This document shows, one piece after another, positions 31,106-42,038 of a stretch of 64,000 nt of DNA. The DNA is from a bacterium. Lineage in GTDB: Bacteria; Hinthialibacterota; Hinthialibacteria; Hinthialibacterales; Hinthialibacteraceae. The position numbers and the translations under genes are program-made. The stretch spans positions 1 to 64,000 of the forward strand of contig CAXXSM010000042.1 of the NCBI GenBank assembly GCA_963663405.2, read 5' to 3'. The notes under the pieces are model-generated. The model searched no databases, was not told the DNA's origin, and was given only the letters and a program-made list of their open reading frames with translations. Position 1 is the stretch's first letter. Each line of letters begins with the position of its first letter.

Positions 31106-31840
31106 TTACTGAAACGCTTCATATATTGTTTCTTCGACGTTGGAGAAGGGATTGAGGAGAGGTTCGAAGACCGCGAAGAAGGCGTCGGCTAAGATTTGGC
31201 TACCTTCACGACCGGGGTGCAGACCGTCGATGAGAATCTCCGGCCCGGCCGCCTTCATGGGGGTGTAGCAGTCAATAATCATTAAGCCCCGTTCTTCAGC
31301 GATTTGTTCCAGCGCGGGATTCAGTTCGGTTGGGATGCGGTCGCGATGGATGTACGCGTCTGCGAATTGAGACACCATCGGTTCTCCCTCCTGGGGGGAG
31401 TTGTGCGGAGGGATGAGGGAGAGAAGAACCTGTGGCGTTGTGCCATCTTGATTGGTGTGATTGACGAAGACGTCGATGAGTGAGTTCATGCGTTCGACGT
31501 AAACATTTGTCGGTGTTTCGTCGCCGACCCGTGTGTCGTTTGTTCCGAGCATGATGGTGACGTAATGAACGTCCATGAGATCGAGTATCCGCTGGCCGCT
31601 GGCGTTGCTCCATGCGTCCAACCGATCGCCGACTGTGTCGCCTGAGACACCTTTGTTGTAAAACCGGACATTCTCAACGCCTATTGCTTCAAACATTCTG
31701 TTTAAGAGTGCTGGATAATTGTGCGACGCTAGTAAGGTAATACTATCGCCGATACAATAGATCACTGTGTCCTGCCCAAAAACCAATCCCCCAAACAACA
31801 ACACAAAAAGACAGGTATACACAAACGTCATTTTCATCAT
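31106..31840 (-). CDS. SGNH/GDSL hydrolase, secreted, paralog 1
   Basis: GDSIT, GVSG, GTND and DGLHP motifs; GGAGG RBS; signal peptide. Confidence 0.93.
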   Translation of the reverse strand: MMKMTFVYTCLFVLLFGGLVFGQDTVIYCIGDSITLLASHNYPALLNRMFEAIGVENVRFYNKGVSGDTVGDRLDAWSNASGQRILDLMDVHYVTIMLGTNDTRVGDETPTNVYVERMNSLIDVFVNHTNQDGTTPQVLLSLIPPHNSPQEGEPMVSQFADAYIHRDRIPTELNPALEQIAEERGLMIIDCYTPMKAAGPEILIDGLHPGREGSQILADAFFAVFEPLLNPFSNVEETIYEAFQ

Positions 31841-32061
31841 GAAAATCCTCCATTGATAGATAGAAAGATTTGAGAAGATTCGCATCCACTTTACATTAAA
31901 TTCGTCAACCTGCAAGAGTATTAGAGAGGGTGTTTGACAGACAAGCATTGTTTCAACGAAATGGGAGGGAAACCACTGTTCTCTTGCATGGTGTCTCTAT
32001 GATATGATGATTTGTTTGTAATCGCGAATTATGGAACATGAATAATAGGAGATATATACAT

Positions 32062-32203
32062 ATGTCATCGTTATCGAAAATAAAACGATGGAATGGTCGC
32101 TTTATGGATACGCCACCGCGTCTAAAACAGCGGGGAAGCGTCCAACCCGCGCCAGTTTAATGACCGGCCTCTACTCCCATCAGACCGGTGTCGGTCATAT
32201 GAT
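32062..32203 (+). pseudogene. Internally deleted remnant of the sulfatase 5' end
   Basis: Matches pieces of 33229-33553 (ATGTCATCGTTATC..., GCGTCTAAAACAGCGGGGA, CGCGCCAGTTT...GGTCATATGAT). Confidence 0.8.
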
Positions 32204-32260
32204 TTGTCTGGTTCATATTGATGTTATTATTTTAAACGGGATCGCCCGCGCTCCATTCTT

Positions 32261-33007
32261 TTACTGATACAATTCATAAATTGTCTCTTCGACGTTGGAG
32301 TAGGGATTGAGGAGAGGTTCGAAGACCGCGAAGAAGGCGTCGGCTAGGATTTGGTTGCCTTCCTCGGCCGGATGAAGACCGTCGGGGAGAATGTCTGGAC
32401 CGGCCGCCAGCATGGGAGTGTAACAGTCAATGGTCATTAGGCCCCGTTCTTCGGCAATTCGCTCGAGTTCAGGATTCAGTTCGTTCGGGATGCGATCGCG
32501 GTGAATGAACCGGTCGGCGAATTGGGACGCCATCTGTTCTCCCTCTTGGGGGGAGTTGTGCGGGGGGATGAGAGAGAGGAGAACTTGCGGGGTTGAGCCG
32601 TCTTGATTGGTGTGATTGACGAAGACGTCGATAAGGGCGTTCATGCGTTCGACGTAGACATCTGTCGGTGTTTCGTCACCGACTCGCGTGTCGTTGGTTC
32701 CGAGCATGATCGTGACATAATGGACGTCCATTCGATCGAGGATCCGTTGGCCACTGGCGCCGCTCCATGAATCCAACCGGTCACCGACTGTATCACCCGA
32801 TACACCTTTGTTATAAAACCGGACATTCTCCACGCCGATTTCTTCAAACATCTGGTTGAGGAGCGTTGAGTAATCGTGTCCCGATCCAAACGCCTGTCCC
32901 CAGGTGATACTATCACCGATACAATAGATCACTGTCTCTTGCCCAAAAACCGATGCCCCAAACAACAACACAAACAAGCAAGTATACACAAACGTCATTT
33001 TCATCAT
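32261..33007 (-). CDS. SGNH/GDSL hydrolase, secreted, paralog 2
   Basis: Same motifs; highly similar to 31106-31840. Confidence 0.93.
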   Translation of the reverse strand: MMKMTFVYTCLFVLLFGASVFGQETVIYCIGDSITWGQAFGSGHDYSTLLNQMFEEIGVENVRFYNKGVSGDTVGDRLDSWSGASGQRILDRMDVHYVTIMLGTNDTRVGDETPTDVYVERMNALIDVFVNHTNQDGSTPQVLLSLIPPHNSPQEGEQMASQFADRFIHRDRIPNELNPELERIAEERGLMTIDCYTPMLAAGPDILPDGLHPAEEGNQILADAFFAVFEPLLNPYSNVEETIYELYQ

Positions 33008-33228
33008 GAAAATCCTCCATCGATAGATTGAAAGATAAGCGCCGATTCGTATCCACTTTACATTAAATTCGTCAACCTGCAAGAGAATTGGAAGAATTGA
33101 TTGGTATGCGAATATTTTTTCAAAGAAATGACTTAGAGTCCACTGTTCACTTGCATGGTGGCTCTGTGATATGATGTTTTGTTTGTAATTATGAATTATG
33201 GAACATGAATAATAGGAGATTTATACAT

Positions 33229-34900
33229 ATGTCATCGTTATCAAAAATAAAACGGCGGGATTTTATCAACGCTTTGGGATGGGGAACGGCGGGATGGGCG
33301 CTTCATGGATGCGCCACTGCGTCTAAAACAGCGGGGACGCCGGATCGGCCGAATATTGTGCTGATTATGGCCGATGATATGGGATACTCGGATATCGGTT
33401 GCTATGGGGGAGAAATCCATACGCCGAATGTAGACGGCCTCGCCGCGAACGGCGTTCGTTTTACCCAATTCTACAACACCGCGCGATGCTGTCCGACTCG
33501 CGCCAGTTTGGTGACTGGACTATACCCCCATCAAGCGGGTATCGGTCATATGATGAATGATAGGAACCATCCAGGATATACAGGGGATCTAAATGAGCAT
33601 TGCGTGACGATCGCACAAGTTCTCAAACAAGGCCGGTTACTCGACCTATATGAGTGGAAAATGGCATGTGACCAAACAGGTCGGCTATTGGAGCGGAGAT
33701 GAACGATTGACCTCCAAGCATAATTGGCCGCGTCAACGTGGATTCGATCAATTCTACGGCACACTCCATGGCGCGGGCAGTTACTTTGATCCGAAATCGT
33801 TGACACGCGGCAATACACCGATCGAACCGGAAACCGATCCGTTCTATTATACCGACGCAATCAGCGGTAACGCCGCTCGTTTTATCAGCGATCATGCCAA
33901 ACAAGATGGCTCTAATCCTTTCTTTTGTTATGTCACGTATACCTCCCCTCACTGGCCCCTGCACGCGCTGCCGGAAGATATCGAGCGATACAAGGGGCGT
34001 TATGATATTGGCTGGGACGCGCTGCGCGAAGAACGCCGCGAGCGGATGATTAAATTGGGATTGATTGATCCTCAGTGGAAATTATCCGAACGCGATCCCC
34101 GCGTGAAACCGTGGGACAAGGAGGAGGATAAAGCCTGGCAGGCCCGGCGTATGGAAGTGTACGCCGCTCAGATCGACCGGATGGATCAAGGCATCGGACG
34201 AATTGTCGATACGTTGCGTACGAACGGTCAACTCGAAAACACGCTCATTTTCTTCTTGGCTGATAATGGGGGATGCGCGGAGGAAATCGTGAAAACTTGG
34301 CAAGGATTGCATATTCCCGCATCCACTCACGATGGGCGGCCCGTCGCCGTGGGCAATGAAGATCACTCAGTTATGCCCGGTCCGGAAGAGACGTATCAAA
34401 GTTATGGAATTCCGTGGGCCAACGTCAGCAATACGCCTTTCCGGCGGTATAAACATTTCGTGCATGAAGGGGGAATCTCTACGCTTTTGATCGTTCACTG
34501 GCCGGCGAACATTCACGCGGCCGGCGATCTCTGCGATCAGCCCGGTCATTTAATCGATATCATGAGCACATGCGTGGATGTCTCCAGCGCGGAGTATCCC
34601 AAAGTCTACAACAATCATCGAATCCATCCGATGGAAGGCCGGAGCCTTGTTCCCGCTTTCTCGAATCAACCGATTCAACGAGACGCGATCTATTTTGAGC
34701 ATGAAGGAAATCGCGCGATCCGACAGGGGAAATGGAAACTTGTGGCGAAAGGTAAAAACGGTCCGTGGGAGCTGTATGATATGGAAGCCGACCGCACAGA
34801 GACAATCGATCTATCAAGCCGCGAACCGGAACGTGTCCGGCTGATGGCGGCGAAATGGGAAGCGTGGGCGCTGCGGGCCAATGTGCTTCCGTGGCCCTGA
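33229..34900 (+). CDS. Arylsulfatase (Cys-type), Tat signal, frameshift near 33630
   Basis: RRDF Tat motif, PNIVLIMADDMGY, CCPTRASL (CxPxR), SGKWH, ADNG and YKHFVHEGG. Confidence 0.92.
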
Positions 34901-34960
34901 TTGGTTTTACATGATAAGTGAGAAACGCAGATTATGATCGCACTAAGTCAATGTCAATCA

Positions 34961-35053
34961 GCGGGGTAGCAAGGGGAAGGCTTTTTTCTCCCCTTGCATA
35001 ATTCCCAGAACGTAGCGCCAGGGCAGATAAAAAACCTTGCCCTGGGCACCCGC
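34961..35053. repeat. Double-hairpin palindromic element between convergent genes
   Basis: GCAAGGGGA...TCCCCTTGC and CCAGGGCA...TGCCCTGG, enclosed by GCGGG...CCCGC. Confidence 0.6.
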
Positions 35054-35082
35054 CGAATATTTATATAATTGAGTACATGATC

Positions 35083-38000
35083 TTATTGTCCCATGAGAAC
35101 CGCGTGCGCGTGACGGGCGTAGTGGCCCCGGAGATCTTGTTCGTACTGTTTTAAAATCTTCTCTCCGAGTCCCTCATAATCGCCGCAGCGGTACAACGCG
35201 CGGGCCAGGATCAATTCCCTTAATGAATACTCGCGGGATAAATTATCAGTCGGAGCGCCGGCGGGTGTCATTTTGCGGGCTTTATCGATGCTCGTGTACG
35301 CGTAACCGGACATTCCTGGTTTTTGCAAGAGCTCCGCTAAAGGCTGGGCCGCTGATGGATCGCCCAGTGTTTCCAACGCGATCGCGACCGCGCGGTGGTG
35401 AGAGAGCGCGTCCTTCGGGACTGAGCGTCTTTGTTTTTTCCAAAATCGGCTTTAAGGCGCGTTTATCCTTCGTTCGGCTTAGAGCGATGATTAGGCTGTC
35501 GACCGGGCTGATACTCGGGCCGAATTGCCCATTCCTCTGAATCTCCATCCATCATCCCACTCTCTGGATTGTGTCTCTTTCAAGAGAATATCGCTTCCTA
35601 TGGGATCACCCATCATCCCCAGGATATGCGCATAGATTAATTTGTCGTCTTCCGATTCGGCGGATTCAAACGCCTCGATCAATAAGGGCTGCATTGTTTC
35701 CGGCTGAGTCAGCGCGACGCCGATCGGTTCCAGCTCAGGCGGCGGCATTTTCTCACCGTCTAAATTCGTTTGAGGTGAATCGAGAATCCATCTAAATTGT
35801 TTGGGGATTTCTTGAACGGCTTCCGCAATCTGTTCTTTTGGAAGTGGAAACGAATCTGTATCAGTCAGAACGCTTTCAGGAAGGTTGCCTTTCGCCACAA
35901 GAATCTTCTGCAATTCTTTAATATCAATATTGCGAATGCTCTTGCCGGATGCGGCGGCCATTGACGCCGCTGTCCCCATCGCGAATCCTTGATTCTGAAT
36001 GCAGGGCTGCATACGCAGAATCGGCATGGCGTCCCGATGCGCGCTGATTCCCAGTCCGGTAACGACGATGCCATCCAAACCTTTCGGCGTCAGGCTGCGG
36101 AACGGCGTATAGGCGGAAATCGATTCACTGTCTGGAGGTTTAATAAGAAAGCGTTGATGAGTTGTATACCCATGCGTATCGAAATTACTGCGTGAGAGTA
36201 CCACGCTATCGGGATAGGTGCGATGATTGAAGATATCGAGTGGGGATATTTCGAAGTCCCCTACGATCCGCCGCCGTTCGCGTGTATCGACGAGCTGCCC
36301 TAAGTCGTAGGCGTCTTTGAATTTCTCTTTCGAGGTAACAAAAGTGCGCCAGAGATCGACAGGATCGGATTCATCAGTGAAGGTGTAATCGGTATTCGTG
36401 TAATTGGCGCCGAGAGCGCGGGGGGGCAAGCCTGTTCCCTGCAGCGCCGCGTCTTCGGCGGTGGTGAAGGTATAATCCGCTCCGGCGGCGATCGCTACAT
36501 CGGAGTTCCCCGTTGAATCGATCGTTACTTTGGCGAGAACGACACCGCGCCCGTTAGGGGTGCTTACGATAGCGCCTTTGACAACGCCGTCTTCCACAAA
36601 CGCGCCACAACCCAGCGCGCCGAACCAGATATCCGCGCCTGCTTTCCGCAATTCGCTGCGGTACCATTCCATCTTTAATTCAACGTTCCAGCCTCCCTGT
36701 TGGGTTTTCGCCCATCGCCGCTAGTCCTTGATCCAATTCGGCGGTGAAACCATCGCGGTACCCGTGATAATATTTTGAGATCAGTCCCAGCGTGCCAACG
36801 CCTCCCAGGCCGTGCAGATATTCAACAACGAGGGTCTTGGCGCCGCGTCTCGCTGCGCCGATTCCCGCCGGGGCGCCGCCTGTGCCGCCACCAATGATAA
36901 CAACATCATAGATCCCGATTACAGGAACGGATCGTTCAGCTGAAGGAACCGACGGTGAGTCTTCTTGGGTTGGCCGAAGACCGATTAGAAGTTCGCTCGT
37001 ATCGCCTTTCGCGATCGCTTTTTCTTTCTCCCCCGGCACGTGAACACCGGCTGGTTTCGGCGCGCGTTTGGCGTCATTCGCCGCCGCCCGGCCGATCCGG
37101 GTTCCCACTTTGATGAAGTTGAATGGACGTAATAGCCGGGCCGCCGCCTCGCGTGAGATATCCGCGCAGCCATTCAGCGCGTAGAGCCGATCTTGTCCCT
37201 TCGCGCGAAACGCGTCTAGATTAATCTGGTCCGCGCCGGGCCAGGGGCCGGTAAGGGATTTTTTACCAATCATTGGATCAGGAGGAATTTGGAACAGCGT
37301 TTCAGAAGAATCCGCCTGTCCTTTCTGCCAGGTTCTATCCCGCGCAATTTGTTCGGCATTGGCGAAGGAGGCGAAGGACGCGTCCTTCATCGGAATGGTC
37401 AGCGTGTATTCTGTCGCGGTGGAGTGATTCAGTCTCCCGCCACGATCGATCGGCGCGGGGGAAGGCAGGTTTTGGCTGCGCAAACCTTCGCCCGTGCGGA
37501 TTTCTCCACCGATGACCGTACGTTTAAACGTTTGGGGGCCGAATGGATAGGGGCGGAATTCCGCGCCTGCGATTCGCGCCGCGTCCGACCGCATCATCGC
37601 GTCGATGACGACTTTACCGATGACGGCCTGCCGCCCGGATCGGTTCACCATGATGATACCCGCGATGTTTCCGTTCGCGTCACGTAATACATCTGTCGCG
37701 GCGCAGCTGTAAAGAAACTGAACGCCCGCGTCGAGTAACGCTTTATCGAGGGCGATTTTAACCTGCATCGGTTTGGGGGGAAATCGTGGAGTGGGTTCTT
37801 TCTTCACTTCCGCTTCATTCGCTTCGATCACGACTTCGCCGATTAAAACGCGTTCCGCGTCCGGTCCCATTTTGACGGAGAATTTTACGTATCGGGCTTT
37901 TTCTTTGACGTTCGCGGATAGATCGATCGCGGACGACTCGAAATTCTCACCGTCCAGTTTTTCATTCTCAATCACGGCGATCTGTTTCCATTGACTCTTG

Positions 38001-38583
38001 TCGTTGCTGACAGAGACGATCACGTTTTTTACAGAGAATTCACCGTTTCGCTGATACGCCATAACATGGACTTTTTCAAATGACTGTTCTCTCGTCAAAT
38101 CCGCGATGATATCGACATCCCCATTGTATTGAACGCTTTGGCTGCTGGCGCTGGTCCATTTCCCATCCGTCAGCAGGGGAGGATTTCCGAGATCTTTGTG
38201 CATTGCCGCGGAGATGCGGCTGGTTTCATATTGGAAAGGGATTCCCAATCCAACCGAGGGCGCGATGTAAGGTTCTGCGAACATCGCTTCGGTCATTTCA
38301 TCGAAGGGCTCTTCCCCCGGTTCCAACCATAGACGATACGTGGCGCAAAGGTCCTCCCCCAAGTAGGGTCTGGGAGCGGCGAGAAAAACGCTCGCTCCAT
38401 TCCGCGCTGCTTCCACCGCCGCGGCGACGCCGGCGGACGTTCCCCAACGACGACGACATCTACGTCGTAAGCGATAGGAATCATCCGGGCGGATTCATGA
38501 ACCGACCCCAAATCTTCCCCAAATAAGGTCAGCGGATACGCCAAAATCAGTAACACGAGTAATCCCGTAATTCGTCTCATCAT
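35083..38583 (-). CDS. Large secreted FAD-dependent oxidoreductase (two FAD modules, discoidin-like insert, HEAT-like tail); several frameshifts
   Basis: Signal MRRITGLLVLLILAYP, DVDVVVVG, YDVVIIGGGTGG, IDSTGNSD and RERRRIVGD. Split over ORFs 38293-38664, 36680-38416, 35491-36672, 35282-35548 and 35083-35376. Confidence 0.85.
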
Positions 38584-38751
38584 TATCTCCATTCCTGATT
38601 CATTGTTGTGTATTGGAACTGGAATAAAGCCCCATTTAATCGTAGTCATCAAAGCTACAATCAATCAAGGCTCGCAGGTTCAAAGCATTCGATCTCATAA
38701 AGATATAGAAGCGGTTGTTTTATCCCTTTCCCAGCATCTTATCCCCTACAC

Positions 38752-39105
38752 TTAAAAATTGAAGGTGATATAGGTATCTGTAAAGCGGCATGGAAAACAG
38801 CGGATGATGTTGGATGGATTGTTGTATGGAGATATATACGTCTGACTTCTGAAGATGGTACACTAAACCAAACATTTGTTATTAATAATCAGGTAGATTA
38901 CGAATTAGAAAGTCCTTCTGATATTATTTTTAATTCGCAAACAGCGGAAATATATCGTTTTGATTATGACATTAATCAGGGTACATCTAATCCAGAATAT
39001 TCACTCACAGAATTTGTGAAGAAGGGTGATATAGCGAGAAATCTAGATGGAGATTTTGATATTCAGATAAACGAAGAACCGATTTTTATACGATTTAAAC
39101 GATAA
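38752..39105 (+). pseudogene. Start-less copy of hypothetical gene X
   Basis: Open frame LKIEGD...IRFKR*, with TTA where copy 2 has ATG. Confidence 0.6.
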
Positions 39106-39117
39106 AGGAGAAAAGAG

Positions 39118-40122
39118 ATGTATTTACTAATCGTTATTATTGTATTATTTACTTCGTCAAACATGATGTTAACAAATGGTTATTGTGAAGAAGGCATGAA
39201 TATTAAAACATTTACTTCACAATCATCCGAGTATAATTATGGTATAATAGGATATAAGATATATAGTGATAAAAATAGGATTGTCACATATGGTAATACT
39301 CCTATATGTATATGGGATTTTAATACTCAAGAATTGATTGAGTCGATATCGCCTAATGGATCGATTTCGTTCTTGGACATTACAGACAATGAGGAAATTA
39401 TTGCTTATGTCACACCGGGAGGCTATATATATTTTGTAGATATTGAACAAAAAATTACTCAACATTTTGCAAGTGTAGCAATCAGTCTAAGTTCAGGACC
39501 TAGATTAATACAATTTATTGACAATGATTCTAAACTGATAATTGTATCTTGTAATAGAATATATATATTTGATGTTATGACGAAAGATTTGATAAAGGAA
39601 CATATATTAGAAAACGATGAAATACGAGCAACTGTATTCAATAATGGAAAATATATCTATCTTCATAATCAACGGGCAATATTAAAAATAGAAGATTTTA
39701 GTGTTGTGTATAAATTAGATGAAAATGAAAATCGAATGCCTTCATTGTATAACGATAGATTATACTCGCCAGAAGTTGTGCATGAAAAGAGCGAAAACAA
39801 AATAAAGTATACTTGTAAAGTATATAGAGATAAATTAGAAGAAAAAAAATATAATGAATTAAGCATAAAAAATAAACCTAAAATGACGAATACGTTCCAT
39901 ATATCTGATGATTTTATTTATCATTTGTCTGGAAAAGTATCGAGAACAAAAGGCAAAGTACTGAATTTTGAGAAATATGATGCTAAAACAGGAGCATTAT
40001 TATGCGAAGCTACTTATAAGAGAAATAGTGGCAGGCAATGTCAAAAATTCATTTATGATTATGAGATAGATTCGTTTGCCTTGTTCTACTACGACACACT
40101 CAAATTTATTAAAATCGAATAG
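39118..40122 (+). CDS. Secreted WD40-like protein B (AT-rich)
   Basis: GGAG RBS, hydrophobic N-terminus, ICIWDF, IYFVDI and IYIFDV blades. Confidence 0.8.
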   Translation: MYLLIVIIVLFTSSNMMLTNGYCEEGMNIKTFTSQSSEYNYGIIGYKIYSDKNRIVTYGNTPICIWDFNTQELIESISPNGSISFLDITDNEEIIAYVTPGGYIYFVDIEQKITQHFASVAISLSSGPRLIQFIDNDSKLIIVSCNRIYIFDVMTKDLIKEHILENDEIRATVFNNGKYIYLHNQRAILKIEDFSVVYKLDENENRMPSLYNDRLYSPEVVHEKSENKIKYTCKVYRDKLEEKKYNELSIKNKPKMTNTFHISDDFIYHLSGKVSRTKGKVLNFEKYDAKTGALLCEATYKRNSGRQCQKFIYDYEIDSFALFYYDTLKFIKIE

Positions 40123-40142
40123 GATTTGTCAAGGAGACTATT

Positions 40143-40658
40143 ATGAATAGATTGATAAGCATCTTTATAATCACCATAACAATGCACGGCGTTTGCCATG
40201 CGCAAAGTCTGAAGGCTGAACTATACGATAACATCAAACAGCAAGTGCAATCGGGTGTATTTAACAGGCTTACGGATGAGGAACTAACCAATGTGAAGTG
40301 TGAAGCCATGATTATTGGCGCGACAGTTGGAGATATACAAAAGATATCTCCTGCCCTGATCCAATGGACAACAACGGAAAGTCAATGGGTCGCTGATGAA
40401 GTTCTCAAGATACTAGAGAGTGATAATAGGGTCATCGGATACGCCAAAATCAGTAACACGAGCATTCCCGTAATTCGTCTCATCATTATCTCCATTCCTG
40501 ATTCATTGTTGTGTATTGGAACTGGAATAAAGCCCCATTTAATCGTAGTCATCAAAGCTACAATCAATCAAGGCTCGCAGTTTCAAAGCATTCGATCTCA
40601 AAAAGATATAGAAGCGGTTGTTTTATCTGTTTCCCAGCATCTTATCCCCTACACATGA
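40143..40658 (+). CDS. Chimeric ORF: N-terminus of gene Z fused to antisense of the oxidoreductase 5' region
   Basis: First about 94 aa match 42039 onward; sequence after 40424 matches 38522 onward. Confidence 0.55.
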   Translation: MNRLISIFIITITMHGVCHAQSLKAELYDNIKQQVQSGVFNRLTDEELTNVKCEAMIIGATVGDIQKISPALIQWTTTESQWVADEVLKILESDNRVIGYAKISNTSIPVIRLIIISIPDSLLCIGTGIKPHLIVVIKATINQGSQFQSIRSQKDIEAVVLSVSQHLIPYT

Positions 40659-41008
40659 AAATTGAAGGTGATATAAGTATCTTTGAAGCGGCATGGAAAA
40701 CGGCGGATGATGTTGGATGGATTGTTGTATGGAGATATATACGTCTGACTTCTGAAGATGGTACACCAAACCAAACATTTGTTATTAATAATCAGGTAAA
40801 TTACGAATTAGAAAGTCCTTCTGATATTATTTTTAATTCGCAAACAGCGGAAATATATCGTTTTGATTATGACATTAATCAGGGTACATCTAATCCAGAA
40901 TATTCACTCACAGAATTTATGAAGAAGTGTGATATAGCGAGAAATCTAGATGGAGATTTTGATATTCAGATAAACGAAGAACCGATTTTTATACGATTTA
41001 AACGATAA
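40655..41008 (+). CDS. Hypothetical protein X (117 aa)
   Basis: ATG overlaps the TGA of 40143-40658; ends 12 nt before the next gene. Confidence 0.55.
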   Translation: MKIEGDISIFEAAWKTADDVGWIVVWRYIRLTSEDGTPNQTFVINNQVNYELESPSDIIFNSQTAEIYRFDYDINQGTSNPEYSLTEFMKKCDIARNLDGDFDIQINEEPIFIRFKR

Positions 41009-41020
41009 AGGAGAAAAGAG

Positions 41021-42028
41021 ATGTATTTACTAATCGTTATTATTGTATTATTTACTTCGTCAAACATGATGTTAACAAATGGTTATTGTGAAGAAGGCAT
41101 GAATATTAAAACATTTACTTCACAATGTACAGATAATAATTTTGGTATTGCAGGCTACAAGATAAACAGCAAAAAAGACAAAATTGTCACATATGGTGTT
41201 ACGCCAATATGCATATGGGATTTTAACACACAGGAATTGATTGAGTCGATAGCGTCTAAAGGAGCAATAGGGCCCTTAGACGTCTCAGACGATGAAGAAA
41301 AGATCGCATATTGTTCAAGTGGAGACATTTGGATAGTTGACATAAAACAAAAAACCACAAATTATTTTGCATGGGTTGGAGTCAGTCCAGGCTCAGGTAT
41401 CAGATTAATACAATTTATAGATGATGATTCTAAATTAATAATTGTTTCTTTGAATAGAATATATATATATGATGTTTCGACAAAAGAGTTGGTGAAAGAA
41501 CATATATTAGACGAGAGTGCAATACGAGCAACTGTATTTAATAATGGAAAATATATCTATCTTCATAATCAACGGGCGGTATTGAAAATAGAAGATTTTA
41601 GTGTTGTGTATAAATTGGAAGAGAATGATAATCGAATGCCTTCATTATATAACGATGGATTATACTCGCCGGAAGTTGTGCATGAAAAGAGCGAAAACAA
41701 AATAAAGTATACATGCAAAGTATATGGAGATAAATTAACAGAAATTAAAAATGAGATATCATTAAAGAATAAATAGGAAAACATAAGATCGGTATACGCA
41801 ACAGAACAGTATATTTATACCACTTCAAATTTAAAGAACAATGAAAAAGTATTTAAGAAATATGATAACGAAACAGGAAAATTGTTAGGCGAATATATAT
41901 GTACAAATTATGTACCAAAGAATTGTAGAAGTAGTCAAGTAAGGCTGAGTTATGATTATGATATAGATTCATTTGTCATAATATGCTACGACACAATAAA
42001 GTTCATTAAAATCGAACATGGTTCTTAA
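41021..42028 (+). pseudogene. Secreted WD40-like protein B', in-frame TAG at 41774
   Basis: After TAG the frame continues (KYDNETGKLL...YDYDIDSF...YDTIKFIKIEHGS*), homologous to the C-terminus of B. Confidence 0.8.
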
Positions 42029-42038
42029 GGAGACTATT

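Larger units (their letters stand above)
38522..40424. repeat. About 1.9-kb tandem duplication unit, copy 1
   Basis: Repeated at 40425-42320. Ends nearly identical, central gene diverged. Confidence 0.92.

Noticed and set aside
26177-42028. Diversity-generating retroelement behind the variable paralogs
   Set aside because: No reverse transcriptase in the window. Differences are not adenine-specific and include many synonymous changes and indels.
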